Source: an uncultured delta proteobacterium (GTDB taxonomy: Bacteria > Myxococcota > Myxococcia > Myxococcales > Myxococcaceae). From it: 64,000 nucleotides of DNA. The notes below the pieces were generated by a model that made no database searches, was not told the origin of the DNA, and was given only the letters and a program-made list of their open reading frames with translations. This document shows, piece after piece, positions 55,528 through 64,000 of this stretch. The translations under genes were made by a program, and so were the position numbers. Position 1 is the stretch's first letter; every line of letters begins with the position of its first letter. Location: the NCBI GenBank assembly GCA_963771175.1, contig CAVYSY010000051.1, forward strand, positions 128,001-192,000, in the 5' to 3' direction.

Positions 55528-55694
55528 CCGCTGAATCGAAGCCTCCTGAACCGGGTGCTGGCTCCGCGCCGCGCCCCGAGCTCGACGACGCGCCACCCCT
55601 GCTCGGGTCCTGGCGCAACATCTATCTCTTCGTGCTGGGCACCCTCGCCCTGCTCATCGCCCTGTTCTGGGCGCTCACCCGGGCCTACGCGTGA
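55524..55694 (+). CDS. Small single-TM membrane protein, probable symporter partner
   Basis: PPLLGSWRNIYLFVLGTLALLIALFWALTRAYA; 4-nt overlaps with both neighbours. Confidence 0.75.
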   Translation: MTAESKPPEPGAGSAPRPELDDAPPLLGSWRNIYLFVLGTLALLIALFWALTRAYA

Positions 55695-57391
55695 CACTGC
55701 TCGACTGGCTGGTCCTCCTCGGGACGACGACATTCATCGTCGGGTGGGGCGTTGTGGAAGACGCGCGGCGGGGGCGGCACCGCCGACGAGCTACCTGCGC
55801 GGCGGCTACGAGCTGCGCTGGCCCACCATCGGCCTGTCGGTCATGGCCACGCAGGCGAGCGCCATCACCTTCCTCTCCGTCCCCGGCCAGGCCTACGAGG
55901 ACGGGATGCGCTTCGTGCAGTTCTACTTCGGACTGCCGCTCGCGATGGTGATCATCAGCGCCATCTTCGTCCCCATCTACTACCGGCTGAACGTCTACAC
56001 CGCCTACGAGTACCTGGAGTCGCGCTTCGACCTGAAGACGCGCCTGCTCGGCGCGTTCCTCTTCCTCATCCAGCGCGGGCTGGCCTCGGGCATCACCCTC
56101 TACGCGCCCGCCATCATCCTCTCGGCCATCCTCGGCTGGCCGCTCGAGCCGACCATCCTGGGCATGGGCGTGCTCGTCATCCTCTACACGGTGACGGGTG
56201 GCTCCAAGGCGGTCAGCCAGACCCAGAAGCAGCAGATGGTGGTGATGCTGGGCGGCATGGTCGTGGCCGCGATCGTCATCGTGTGGCGATTGCCGGAGCA
56301 CGTGTCGTTCGGGCAGGCCGTGGACGTCGCGGGAGCGCTCGGCCGCATGAACGTGGTCAGCTTCGACTTCAACCTCCAGGACCGCTACAACATCTGGTCC
56401 GGCCTCACCGGCGGCTTCTTCCTGGCGCTGTCGTACTTCGGCACCGACCAGTCCCAGGTGGGCCGCTACCTGACGGGCCGTTCCATCACCGAGAGCCGTC
56501 TCGGGCTGCTGTTCAACGGCGTCCTGAAGATTCCGATGCAGTTCCTGATCCTCTTCGTGGGGATCCTCGTCTTCGTTTTCTACCAGTTCACCGCGCCGCC
56601 CCTGCTCTTCAACCAGCCGCTGCGTGCGCGGGTCCAGGCGACCGCGCACGCGGGCGAGTTCGCGGTAATCGAGACGAAGTGGGCCCAGGTCCAGGCCGAC
56701 AAGCGCGTCGAGGCCGAGCGCTACCTGGCGGCCCGTGAGGCGGGGGATGGTGCGGCCGAAGCGAGCGCGCGCGAGCGCCTCCAGACGGTCGCACGGGCAG
56801 GCCGACACGCTCCGAAAGGAGGCCAAGGCCGTGGTCTCCCGGGCTCTGCCCGGCGTCGAGACCAAGGACTCGGACTACATCTTCATCTCGTTCGTGAAGG
56901 ACTGGATGCCGAGCGGTCTCGTCGGGCTGCTCATCACCGTCATCCTGGCGGCGGCCATGAGCTCGATCGCGAGCGAGCTCAACGCCCTGGGCGCGACGAC
57001 GACGATCGACTTCTACCGGCGGATCTTCCGCCGCGAGGCCTCCGAGCGACAGATCCTCGTGGCCTCCAAGCTGTTCACCGTCTTCTGGGGGGTCGTCGCG
57101 ATCGCCTTCGCGAGCTTCGCGTCGCTGCTCGACAACCTCATCCAGGCGGTCAACATCCTCGGGTCCATCTTCTACGGGACCGTGCTGGGCATCTTCCTCG
57201 TGGCCTTCTTCGTCAAGCACGTCCGAGGCAATGCCATCTTCTTCGGCGCGCTCATCTCGCAGGCGACGGTGATCGCCCTCTACCTCTTCTCCGACATCGG
57301 CTACCTCTGGTTCAACGTGATTGGCTGCGCGCTGGTCGTCGTGCTGGGACTGGCCCTCCAGACCGTGATGCCCCGGACGGCGCGCGCCTAG
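55691..57391 (+). CDS. Sodium:solute symporter family transporter (apparent indels)
   Basis: SVMATQASAITFLS.PG, YEYLESRF, YFGTDQSQVGRY, AAAMSS. Confidence 0.92.
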
Positions 57392-57637
57392 CCGTCCTTC
57401 CAGGCGCTCCAGGTGGATGGGCGGCCTGCCTGACGAGCGTTGAATTGGCGGCTTTGCTGCTCGGCCGTCGGTCGAGGGCGTGTTCTCCAACATGTGGATT
57501 CCGAGGAGGCACCTCGCCCCAGCCGCTCGGGGCGGAATGCCCCATGCCCCACGACGCGGGGCGTCATGCCCCACGGGTTTTGAACAGCAGTTCCGTCTCT
57601 CCGCCACGTCTCCCTCTGAAGACGTCCTTCGCAATCC

Positions 57638-57654
57638 CTGGCACACGCGTTGCT
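57638..57654 (+). promoter_or_regulatory. Sigma54 (-24/-12) promoter
   Basis: CTGGCACACGCGTTGCT matches TGGCAC-N5-TTGCW with GG-N10-GC spacing. Confidence 0.65.
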
Positions 57655-57684
57655 CCAAGCCATCCGCGAAGGAGCAATTAATTG

Positions 57685-57831
57685 ATGTATCAGCAGTCAC
57701 TCGCCCGTTCGCTTGCTGTTCAGAACACGTCCCTCTGCCTGGCTGCCACGCGAGGCCTGCCACCACCGAGGGCGCGCCTCTCCCTGTGGTGGAGGTGCTG
57801 TTCGCCGGCTTCGCGAGCGACGCACGGCTGA
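57685..57831 (+). CDS. Possible small ORF (48 aa) or eroded gene
   Basis: AAGGAG at 57669-57674, ATG at 57685, TGA at 57829-57831; codon usage atypical. Confidence 0.25.
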   Translation: MYQQSLARSLAVQNTSLCLAATRGLPPPRARLSLWWRCCSPASRATHG

Positions 57832-57879
57832 GTTGCTCGGCCTCCCCGCTTGCTTCCTCCTGGGTTCCACGTTGTTGGT

Positions 57880-57927
57880 GCTGATAGTTCAATAACTATC
57901 AGCGGAGCCCTTAATGACTATCAGCGG
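57880..57927. promoter_or_regulatory. Inverted repeat GCTGATAGTT-CAAT-AACTATCAGC plus a repeated half-site, candidate LysR-type operator
   Basis: Perfect 10-bp arms at 57880-57903; ACTATCAGCGG occurs at 57895 and again at 57917. Confidence 0.65.
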
Positions 57928-58002
57928 GGCCGATGAGGCTCCCTGTTGCCTCCATTGCCGGGAGACGCAGTCCTCCTTGGTTCCCCACAAAGGAAAAGCC
58001 GT

Positions 58003-59493
58003 ATGGATCTGAAGTCATCACTATCGAAGGACGTCCCTGCCTCACTCGTCGTCTTTCTCGTGGCGCTGCCGCTGTCGCTCGGCATCTCGGTGGCATCGGG
58101 GGCGCCGGTGCAGGCGGGCCTCATCGCCGCCATCGTGGGCGGTATCGTCGTCGGCATCGTCGGCGGTGCCCCGATGCAGGTGAGCGGACCGGCGGCGGGC
58201 CTCTCGGTCATGCTCTACGGCTTCGTGCAGAAGTTTGGTTTCGAGGCGACGTGCGTGATCACCGCGATCGCCGGGCTCATGCAGATCGCCGCGGGCTCGG
58301 CGGGTGTCGCCCAGGCGGCGCTCGCCATCTCGCCGGCGGTGCTGCACGCGATGCTCGCCGGTATCGGCATCCTCATCGCGCTCGGCCAGATGCACGTCAT
58401 GCTCGGCTATACGCCCAAGGGCTCGGCGATCGCCAACATCACCGGGCTGGGGGACTCGCTCGTCCATGTGAACACCAGCGCGCTCATCGTGGGCGCTACG
58501 ACGCTGTTCGTGCTCCTCGCGTGGAACCGTTTCTTCGCCAAGAAGGTGCCGTTCCTCCCCGGGTCGCTCATCGCCATCGGGGTGGGCACGGCCGTGTCGC
58601 TCTTCGTGCCGGGTGAGATTCCTCACGTGGAGATCAGCTCCGGCATCTTCGGCAATCTGCACGCCCCGTCGCTGGGTGGCGCGCGCCTCTCGGAGTTGGT
58701 ACTGGCGGCGCTGGCGATCTTCGTGGTCGCGAGCGCGGAGTCCCTGCTGTGCGCGGTGGCCACGGACCAGCTCCACTCGGGGGCTCGGGCGAACCTGAAC
58801 CGCGAGCTGTTCGCGCAGGGGCTTGGCAACGGGCTCTCCGGTCTTCTCGGGGGCCTGCCCATCACCGGCGTCATCGTGCGCAGCTCCGCGAACATCGCCG
58901 CCGGCGCGCGCACCCGCCTGTCCGCCATCCTCCACGGCGTGTGGATGCTCCTCTTCGTCATGCTCGCCTCGGGCCTCCTGGCGCGCGTTCCGATGGCGGC
59001 GCTCGCGGCGCTGCTGGTCCACGTTGGCCTGAACCTGGTGAAGCTGAAGGAGCTCCGGAAGATCGCCGAGTTCAACGAGGCGCTCGTCTACGGCGTCACG
59101 CTGGTCGGCGTCGTCTTCATCAACCTGCTGTGGGGTATCGGCATCGGCTTCGGGCTGGCGCTCGTGTTGCTGTTGCGCCGCACGGCGGCGGTCGAGCTCC
59201 AGGTGGAGACGCGTGGCGAGGAGATTCACGCCCAGCTGCGGGGCACCCTGAGCTTCCTCTCGGTTCCCACGGTCGTGTCGCGGCTTCGCGCACTGCCCGC
59301 GGGTCGGACTGTCTACCTGCGGTTGGAGGTTGATCAGATCGATCACGCGGCCATCGAGGCCATTCGCGGTTGGCGAGTGGGCTACCAGAACGCGGGTGGC
59401 AAGGTGGTGAAGGAGTCGCTGGACGTGCTCTGGCGCGAGCTCCGGTCGCCGACGAGTTCCTCCGAGAGCTCCGCTGCCCCCGCTACCCCCTGA
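58003..59493 (+). CDS. SulP/SLC26 family anion transporter (probable bicarbonate transporter)
   Basis: ASLVVFLVALPLSLGI, QVSGPAAGL, ESLLCA, RELFAQG.GN, TGVIVRSSAN; short STAS-like tail. Confidence 0.93.
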   Translation: MDLKSSLSKDVPASLVVFLVALPLSLGISVASGAPVQAGLIAAIVGGIVVGIVGGAPMQVSGPAAGLSVMLYGFVQKFGFEATCVITAIAGLMQIAAGSAGVAQAALAISPAVLHAMLAGIGILIALGQMHVMLGYTPKGSAIANITGLGDSLVHVNTSALIVGATTLFVLLAWNRFFAKKVPFLPGSLIAIGVGTAVSLFVPGEIPHVEISSGIFGNLHAPSLGGARLSELVLAALAIFVVASAESLLCAVATDQLHSGARANLNRELFAQGLGNGLSGLLGGLPITGVIVRSSANIAAGARTRLSAILHGVWMLLFVMLASGLLARVPMAALAALLVHVGLNLVKLKELRKIAEFNEALVYGVTLVGVVFINLLWGIGIGFGLALVLLLRRTAAVELQVETRGEEIHAQLRGTLSFLSVPTVVSRLRALPAGRTVYLRLEVDQIDHAAIEAIRGWRVGYQNAGGKVVKESLDVLWRELRSPTSSSESSAAPATP

Positions 59494-62054
59494 TGCAGGC
59501 GAAAGGAAACGACGTCATTCCCATGGATACCATTGCCCTCGTGGATGGGTGGCTCGATGAGTGCCGCCCGAAGCTGCCCATCCAGAATCCTCTCTGGGCC
59601 TACATCCACAACAACATCCTGCTCAACCTCGAGGACCGTCCGTTCCACGAGGCGGTGCGAGAAGCGGCCGCCCTGTACCGGGCGCGGCCGTATGAGACCG
59701 AGTCCTTCTACCGTGCGGAGCTGGAGCGCGGCCGTATCCGGCGTGACTGCCTCGACGCGGTGCTCGCTGCGGCTCTCCCGGGGAGTGGGAAGGACCGGGT
59801 GGAGCGCTTCCTGTCCGACGCCTCGGTCGGCGACAACGTCCCACCGGTCTCCTTGCTGCGGATCGCCCCTCGCCTGGATGCCGAGTACCACGCGTCCTAC
59901 GACCGGCGGTTCCAGGACTTCATCGTGCCGATCGTCGCCTCGTTCCTGGATCAGGGCATGGCGCACTGGACCAACCCCTACCGCACGGGTGCTCTCTGGG
60001 GCTACTTCCTGGCGAGCGTACATGCCACGCCCGGGTGGGGCTTCGACTGGGCGGGCAAGCTGAAGGCGCGGCTCGAGGCGCACGAGCGGGCTGGCCGGTC
60101 GGTGGAGGCCATGATCGAGGCCGAGGTGCATGAGGCGGCCCCGGCGGGACGCGAGGCCGGGTACTGCCTGGAGACGCTTTTCTCACTGAAGGGCTGGTCG
60201 GGGATGATCCTTCGGCTCGAGTCCGAGCCGTCGATCGCGCCCGTGGAGGCACCGCCCGCGACCCTGAAGGACTGGCTCGCGGTGATGCTCGTCACCATGC
60301 ACGCGCTCGACGCGTGGCTCCTGGAGCGGCATGGCCGCACCCGGGACGAGCTGCGCGCGCGCCCATTCCTCGCGCCCGAATCGGCCCACCTGGGGCGCCT
60401 GCACCTGTGGCAGGAGTCCTATGAGCGCTCCTTCGCCGGGGACTTCCTCGCGCACCTCGAGAGCGGGCTCCGACCCGAGGCGCGGGAGCCCCAGCGTGAC
60501 GCCCCGCACTTCCAGGCGCTGGTGTGCATGGACGACCGGGAGGAGTCCTTCCGGCGGGCGCTCGAGTCGGAGGCGTGCGGTGTGGAGACCTGGGGAGTCC
60601 TGGGATTCTTCAACGTCGACATGCGCTTCGATGCGGTGGGCACGGCCCGCCCGACGCGCCAGTGCCCGCCTGTCATCGAGCCGTCGCGGACCATCTCGGA
60701 GGTGCCGGTCAACGGTGAGGCCCATCGAATGGAGCGGGCACGCCGCGCCGGTCGCGCCGAGGGCAAGGCGCTGCTCTCCGGCTTCTACCATTCACGCACG
60801 CTGATCCGCGGCTTCTTCGTCTCGCTCGCGCTCGGGTTGCTGAGCTTCCTCCCGCTCGTGTTGAAGGTGCTGTTTCCGAGCCGGATGACCCGACTGCGCC
60901 GCGCCATCCAGAAGCGTGCCTTCCCGCACCCGCGGACGCGCATCGCGCTGGACGCGGACGGCGGCTACTCGCTGGATGAGCAGGCCAATATCGTCGAGGG
61001 CGTGCTCCGGACGGCGGGCCTCACACGGGATTTCGCTCCGCTGGTGGCGGCGATCGCCCACGGCTCGACGAATACGAACAACCCCTTCAAGCAGGCGTAC
61101 GGCTGTGGCGCGTGCTCGGGCAATCAGGGCGCGCCCAACGCGAGGGCCTTCGCGGTGATGGCCAACCGCACCGAGGTGCGTGAGCGGCTCGCCGCTCGGG
61201 GGCTCGCGTTGCCGGCCACCACGCTCTTCGTGCCCTGCTACCACGACACCGTCACCGACGTCGTCGAGGTGCTCGACCGCGACCTCCTCCCGGTGGAGCG
61301 CCTGGCGGAGGTGCGGGAGCTGCAGACGCGGCTGGGACGCGCGGGCCGGCTGAACGCGGTGGAGCGGTGCCAGCGCTTCGGCCAGGCGCCGCGCGGGAGC
61401 GAGGTGGCGGTGGTCCAGCACGTGCTCGACCGGGGCCATGACCTCGCGCAGCCGCGGCCCGAGTACGGCCACAACCGAGCGGCGGCCATTATCGTCGGGC
61501 GGCGGAGCCTGACGGAGTGGACGTCCTTGGACCGCCGATCCTTCCTGGTGTCCTACGATCCGACGCAGGACCGAGGGGGCGCGCTGCTGCGGTCGGCCGT
61601 GCTCGGCTCGGTCCCCGTCGCGGTGAACATCGCCATGGACTACTACTTCTCGCGCGTGGACTGCGAGGGGTTCGGCGCGGGGTCCAAGCTCCCGCTGAAC
61701 ATCGTGTCGTTGCTGGGCGTCGTCACCGGCTCCAAGAGCGACCTGCGCATCGGCATGGCCCGGCAGATGGTCGAGCTGCACGAGCCCATGCGCATGCTCG
61801 TGCTCATCGAGGCGGAGACGAAGGACCTGCTCGAACTGGTCGAGACGAACCCGCGCATGCGCCGCATGGTGCGGGGAGGGTGGATGCGGCTCGGGCGGGT
61901 CGATCCGTCGTCCCGCGCCATCGAGCTCTGGCACGGGGAAGGCTTCACGCCCTGGCGAGAGCTGTGGCCCGAGTTCCGCACGATGGCGGGTGATGCCGCG
62001 CTTCCGGCGGTGCTGGATTCCCGGCGAGACCGCCCGGTCGAGGTGTACGCATGA
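59493..62054 (+). CDS. dabA: Inorganic carbon transporter subunit DabA (DUF2309/UPF0753); alternative start at 59523
   Basis: P.QNPL..YIHNN.L, LDQG.A.W, CMDDREESFRRALE, GFF, AHGS..NNP...YGCGAC.G, RPEYG, DRRSFL.SYDP, YYFS.VD, GSKLP.N, HEPMR. Confidence 0.93.
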   Translation: MQAKGNDVIPMDTIALVDGWLDECRPKLPIQNPLWAYIHNNILLNLEDRPFHEAVREAAALYRARPYETESFYRAELERGRIRRDCLDAVLAAALPGSGKDRVERFLSDASVGDNVPPVSLLRIAPRLDAEYHASYDRRFQDFIVPIVASFLDQGMAHWTNPYRTGALWGYFLASVHATPGWGFDWAGKLKARLEAHERAGRSVEAMIEAEVHEAAPAGREAGYCLETLFSLKGWSGMILRLESEPSIAPVEAPPATLKDWLAVMLVTMHALDAWLLERHGRTRDELRARPFLAPESAHLGRLHLWQESYERSFAGDFLAHLESGLRPEAREPQRDAPHFQALVCMDDREESFRRALESEACGVETWGVLGFFNVDMRFDAVGTARPTRQCPPVIEPSRTISEVPVNGEAHRMERARRAGRAEGKALLSGFYHSRTLIRGFFVSLALGLLSFLPLVLKVLFPSRMTRLRRAIQKRAFPHPRTRIALDADGGYSLDEQANIVEGVLRTAGLTRDFAPLVAAIAHGSTNTNNPFKQAYGCGACSGNQGAPNARAFAVMANRTEVRERLAARGLALPATTLFVPCYHDTVTDVVEVLDRDLLPVERLAEVRELQTRLGRAGRLNAVERCQRFGQAPRGSEVAVVQHVLDRGHDLAQPRPEYGHNRAAAIIVGRRSLTEWTSLDRRSFLVSYDPTQDRGGALLRSAVLGSVPVAVNIAMDYYFSRVDCEGFGAGSKLPLNIVSLLGVVTGSKSDLRIGMARQMVELHEPMRMLVLIEAETKDLLELVETNPRMRRMVRGGWMRLGRVDPSSRAIELWHGEGFTPWRELWPEFRTMAGDAALPAVLDSRRDRPVEVYA

Positions 62055-63349
62055 CGCTTCAGTTCCTGACCCTGTTCATCCTCGCCTGGGCCGCGCTGAC
62101 GCCGCTGCTGCTCGGGGCGGCCCAGCTCATCGGGTTCCGGCTGCCCGAGCGGCTCGTCCAGTGGCTCGCGGTGGCGCACGCCACGGGGGTGCTCTTCGCC
62201 ACCTTCGCGCTCTGCGTCGCGTTCCTCGCGGAGCCTTCGTCGATGGTGGAGGTCTCGACGCCTCCTCTGTTCGTCACGAATGAATACGAGTGGAGGGCGG
62301 TGCTGCTCATCGACCGGCTCTCCGTCACGTACCTGGCGCTCGTCGCGCTCATCTATCCCGTCATCGTGCACTTCTCCCGGCCGTTCTTTCACCGGGAGGA
62401 GGGCTCCCAGCGCTACTGGTTCCTGGTGACGCTGTTGGCGTTCGCGCTCGCGGCGGTGTCGCTGGCGGGGAACGTCGACGTGCTCTACCTGGGCTGGGAG
62501 TTGGTCGGCGTGTCGTCGGTGATGCTCATCTCGTTCTTCCGGCGCAACTCGCGGAGTACGCAGAACAGCCTCCGTGCGCTCATCTACTACCGGCTGTGTG
62601 ACATGGGGATCCTCGGCGCGGCGATGTGGATCCACCACGCCTTCCCCAGCACCGCGTTTTCGCGCTTCGCGGAGGACGCGGTGGTGCCCACGGCCCTGGT
62701 GGTGGCGTTCGCGCTGCTGTTCGGCACGCTGGCGAAGTCCGCCCAGCTCCCCATGTCGCCCTGGCTGCACCGCGCGATGGAGGGCCCCGCGGCCTCGAGC
62801 GCCATCTTCTACGGCGCGCTCTCCGTGCACCTCGGGCCGCTGCTGTTGCTGCGCACGAGCGCGCTGTGGATGCCGCACACCTCGGTCCGGATCGTCATGG
62901 CCTGGATCGGGCTGCTGACGGCCGTGTTCGCGACGATGGTGGGGCGCACGCGGCCCGATGCGAAGACCTCGCTCGCGTACGCGACGATGGCGCAGCTCGG
63001 GGTGATGTACGTGGAGATCGCCGCCGGGTGGCACACGCTCGCGCTCGTCCACCTGTGCGCGCACGCGGGGCTGAGGACGTGGCAGTTCCTGCGCTCCTCG
63101 TCGCTCATCCAGGACTTCCAGGACAACCCCATCGTGGGCACGGACGTGCGGCTGCGGCGGCTCTCGAACCTGGAGCGCCTGTTCCCGGCGTCGCTGCGAG
63201 GCCGGCTCTACCTGGCCGCTTCGAGGCTCTTCTGGTTGGACAGCACCCAGTGGAGCTTCGTCGCGCGGCCCTTCCTTGGCCTCTTCTCGCGGATCGCCGC
63301 GGTCGAGGACCGTCTGCTCGGGGATTCCCCGAGCGAGCAGCGGAGTTAA
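62051..63349 (+). CDS. dabB: NuoL/MrpA-like proton-conducting membrane subunit DabB
   Basis: IDRLS, GWELVGVSS..LI.FF, YRLCD, KSAQLPMSPWL.RAMEGP..SSA, K..LAYAT.AQLG; overlaps the dabA stop. Confidence 0.85.
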   Translation: MTLQFLTLFILAWAALTPLLLGAAQLIGFRLPERLVQWLAVAHATGVLFATFALCVAFLAEPSSMVEVSTPPLFVTNEYEWRAVLLIDRLSVTYLALVALIYPVIVHFSRPFFHREEGSQRYWFLVTLLAFALAAVSLAGNVDVLYLGWELVGVSSVMLISFFRRNSRSTQNSLRALIYYRLCDMGILGAAMWIHHAFPSTAFSRFAEDAVVPTALVVAFALLFGTLAKSAQLPMSPWLHRAMEGPAASSAIFYGALSVHLGPLLLLRTSALWMPHTSVRIVMAWIGLLTAVFATMVGRTRPDAKTSLAYATMAQLGVMYVEIAAGWHTLALVHLCAHAGLRTWQFLRSSSLIQDFQDNPIVGTDVRLRRLSNLERLFPASLRGRLYLAASRLFWLDSTQWSFVARPFLGLFSRIAAVEDRLLGDSPSEQRS

Positions 63350-63352
63350 CCG

Positions 63353-64000
63353 ATGGTCGACACCTATCTGAATCTCCAGGGCCAGCGGGCCGCGCTGCCC
63401 GTGGCCGTGCCGATGCGTGCCGTCAGCCGGTGGTCTCTGTCGGTGGGGCTCACCGCCGCGGTGGGCATCTGGGTGGCACCGACGCGCCCGCTCTTCATCG
63501 CGTCGTGGGTCGTGCTGTTCGCGTGGGCGTGCGTGCGGGCCGGCATGGACGAGCGGGGCAGGGTGACGCGGGTCCCCATCCTGCCGCTGCTGGCGGGTCT
63601 GCTGACCACGGGGCTCGCCATCTGGGGCGCGCCCTCGCAGCCGCTCGCCGCGCTCGGTGCCGCCGTCGCGGGGGGCCTCATGCCGTTCCACCTGTGGCTC
63701 GAGGGGCTGCGCCGGCGGCTCAAGCACCAGGAGTTCCTGTTGCTCCTGCTGTGCCAGCCGGGAGTGGTGTGGCTCCATCGCTTCGTGGAGGGCAATCCCG
63801 CGGCACTGCATGGTGGACTGGGGAACGTGCTGCTGGTGCTCTTCGTGATGAGTGCCATCCTGCAGTCCGGCCTGGGCCTGGTGCGGCGCGAGCCGGCGAG
63901 GGCCATCTCCGCCATCACCCTGTCGCAGTCGTGCCTGCTGATGGCGGGGGCCTTCTCCGGGCACGTTGGGTGGGAGGCGGCCCGGACGCTCCTCGTCGCG
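63353..64000 (+). CDS. Second proton-antiporter-like membrane subunit (NuoM/N-like), truncated by the window end
   Basis: ATG 3 nt after the dabB stop, open to the end; hydrophobic, with a GLMPFHLWL motif; absent from the ORF track because it has no stop codon in the window. Confidence 0.75.
   Translation, partial: MVDTYLNLQGQRAALPVAVPMRAVSRWSLSVGLTAAVGIWVAPTRPLFIASWVVLFAWACVRAGMDERGRVTRVPILPLLAGLLTTGLAIWGAPSQPLAALGAAVAGGLMPFHLWLEGLRRRLKHQEFLLLLLCQPGVVWLHRFVEGNPAALHGGLGNVLLVLFVMSAILQSGLGLVRREPARAISAITLSQSCLLMAGAFSGHVGWEAARTLLVA

Noticed and set aside
57392..57884. 134-aa ORF at 57480-57884, or a riboswitch in this gap
   Set aside because: The ORF lacks GC3 bias and motifs and overlaps a promoter; I recognised no riboswitch consensus, though an Rfam scan would be needed to exclude one.
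62051..64000. The missing nuoL/nuoM genes of complex I
   Set aside because: They are coupled to dabA, are short and divergent, and lack neighbouring nuoJ/K.

Overview
GC-rich myxobacterial chromosome segment (Archangium/Cystobacter-like, inferred from gene content and style). The housekeeping backbone is murQ, rpmB, purMN, accD-folC, lptD and a split complex I cluster (nuoAB / nuoCDGHI). It is interleaved with signalling genes (histidine kinase, Crp-like protein, class II PDE, two class III nucleotide cyclases, MCP), a small stress-membrane-protein cluster and a small accessory insert (palindromic repeats, P450 remnant, lipoprotein gene pair). The right half holds an Rrf2-DHS-OsmC cluster, a stand-alone CorA-like fusion protein, bacillithiol genes, and a SulP-DabA-DabB inorganic-carbon uptake operon with a third antiporter-like gene running off the window end. 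Many conserved genes carry apparent single-base indels, most likely assembly errors. No rRNA, tRNA, CRISPR array or transposase was seen. Best leads: (1) a CRISPR-free homolog of the type III CRISPR-associated CorA effector fused to a degenerate DHH-like domain; (2) a four-gene DAB-type CO2/HCO3- pump in a presumed heterotroph, preceded by a sigma54 promoter and an ATAG-N8-CTAT palindrome; (3) a CHASE2 cyclase that has lost its catalytic Asn/Arg and carries a SPOR-like insert. All family assignments come from motif recognition by eye, not from database searches.
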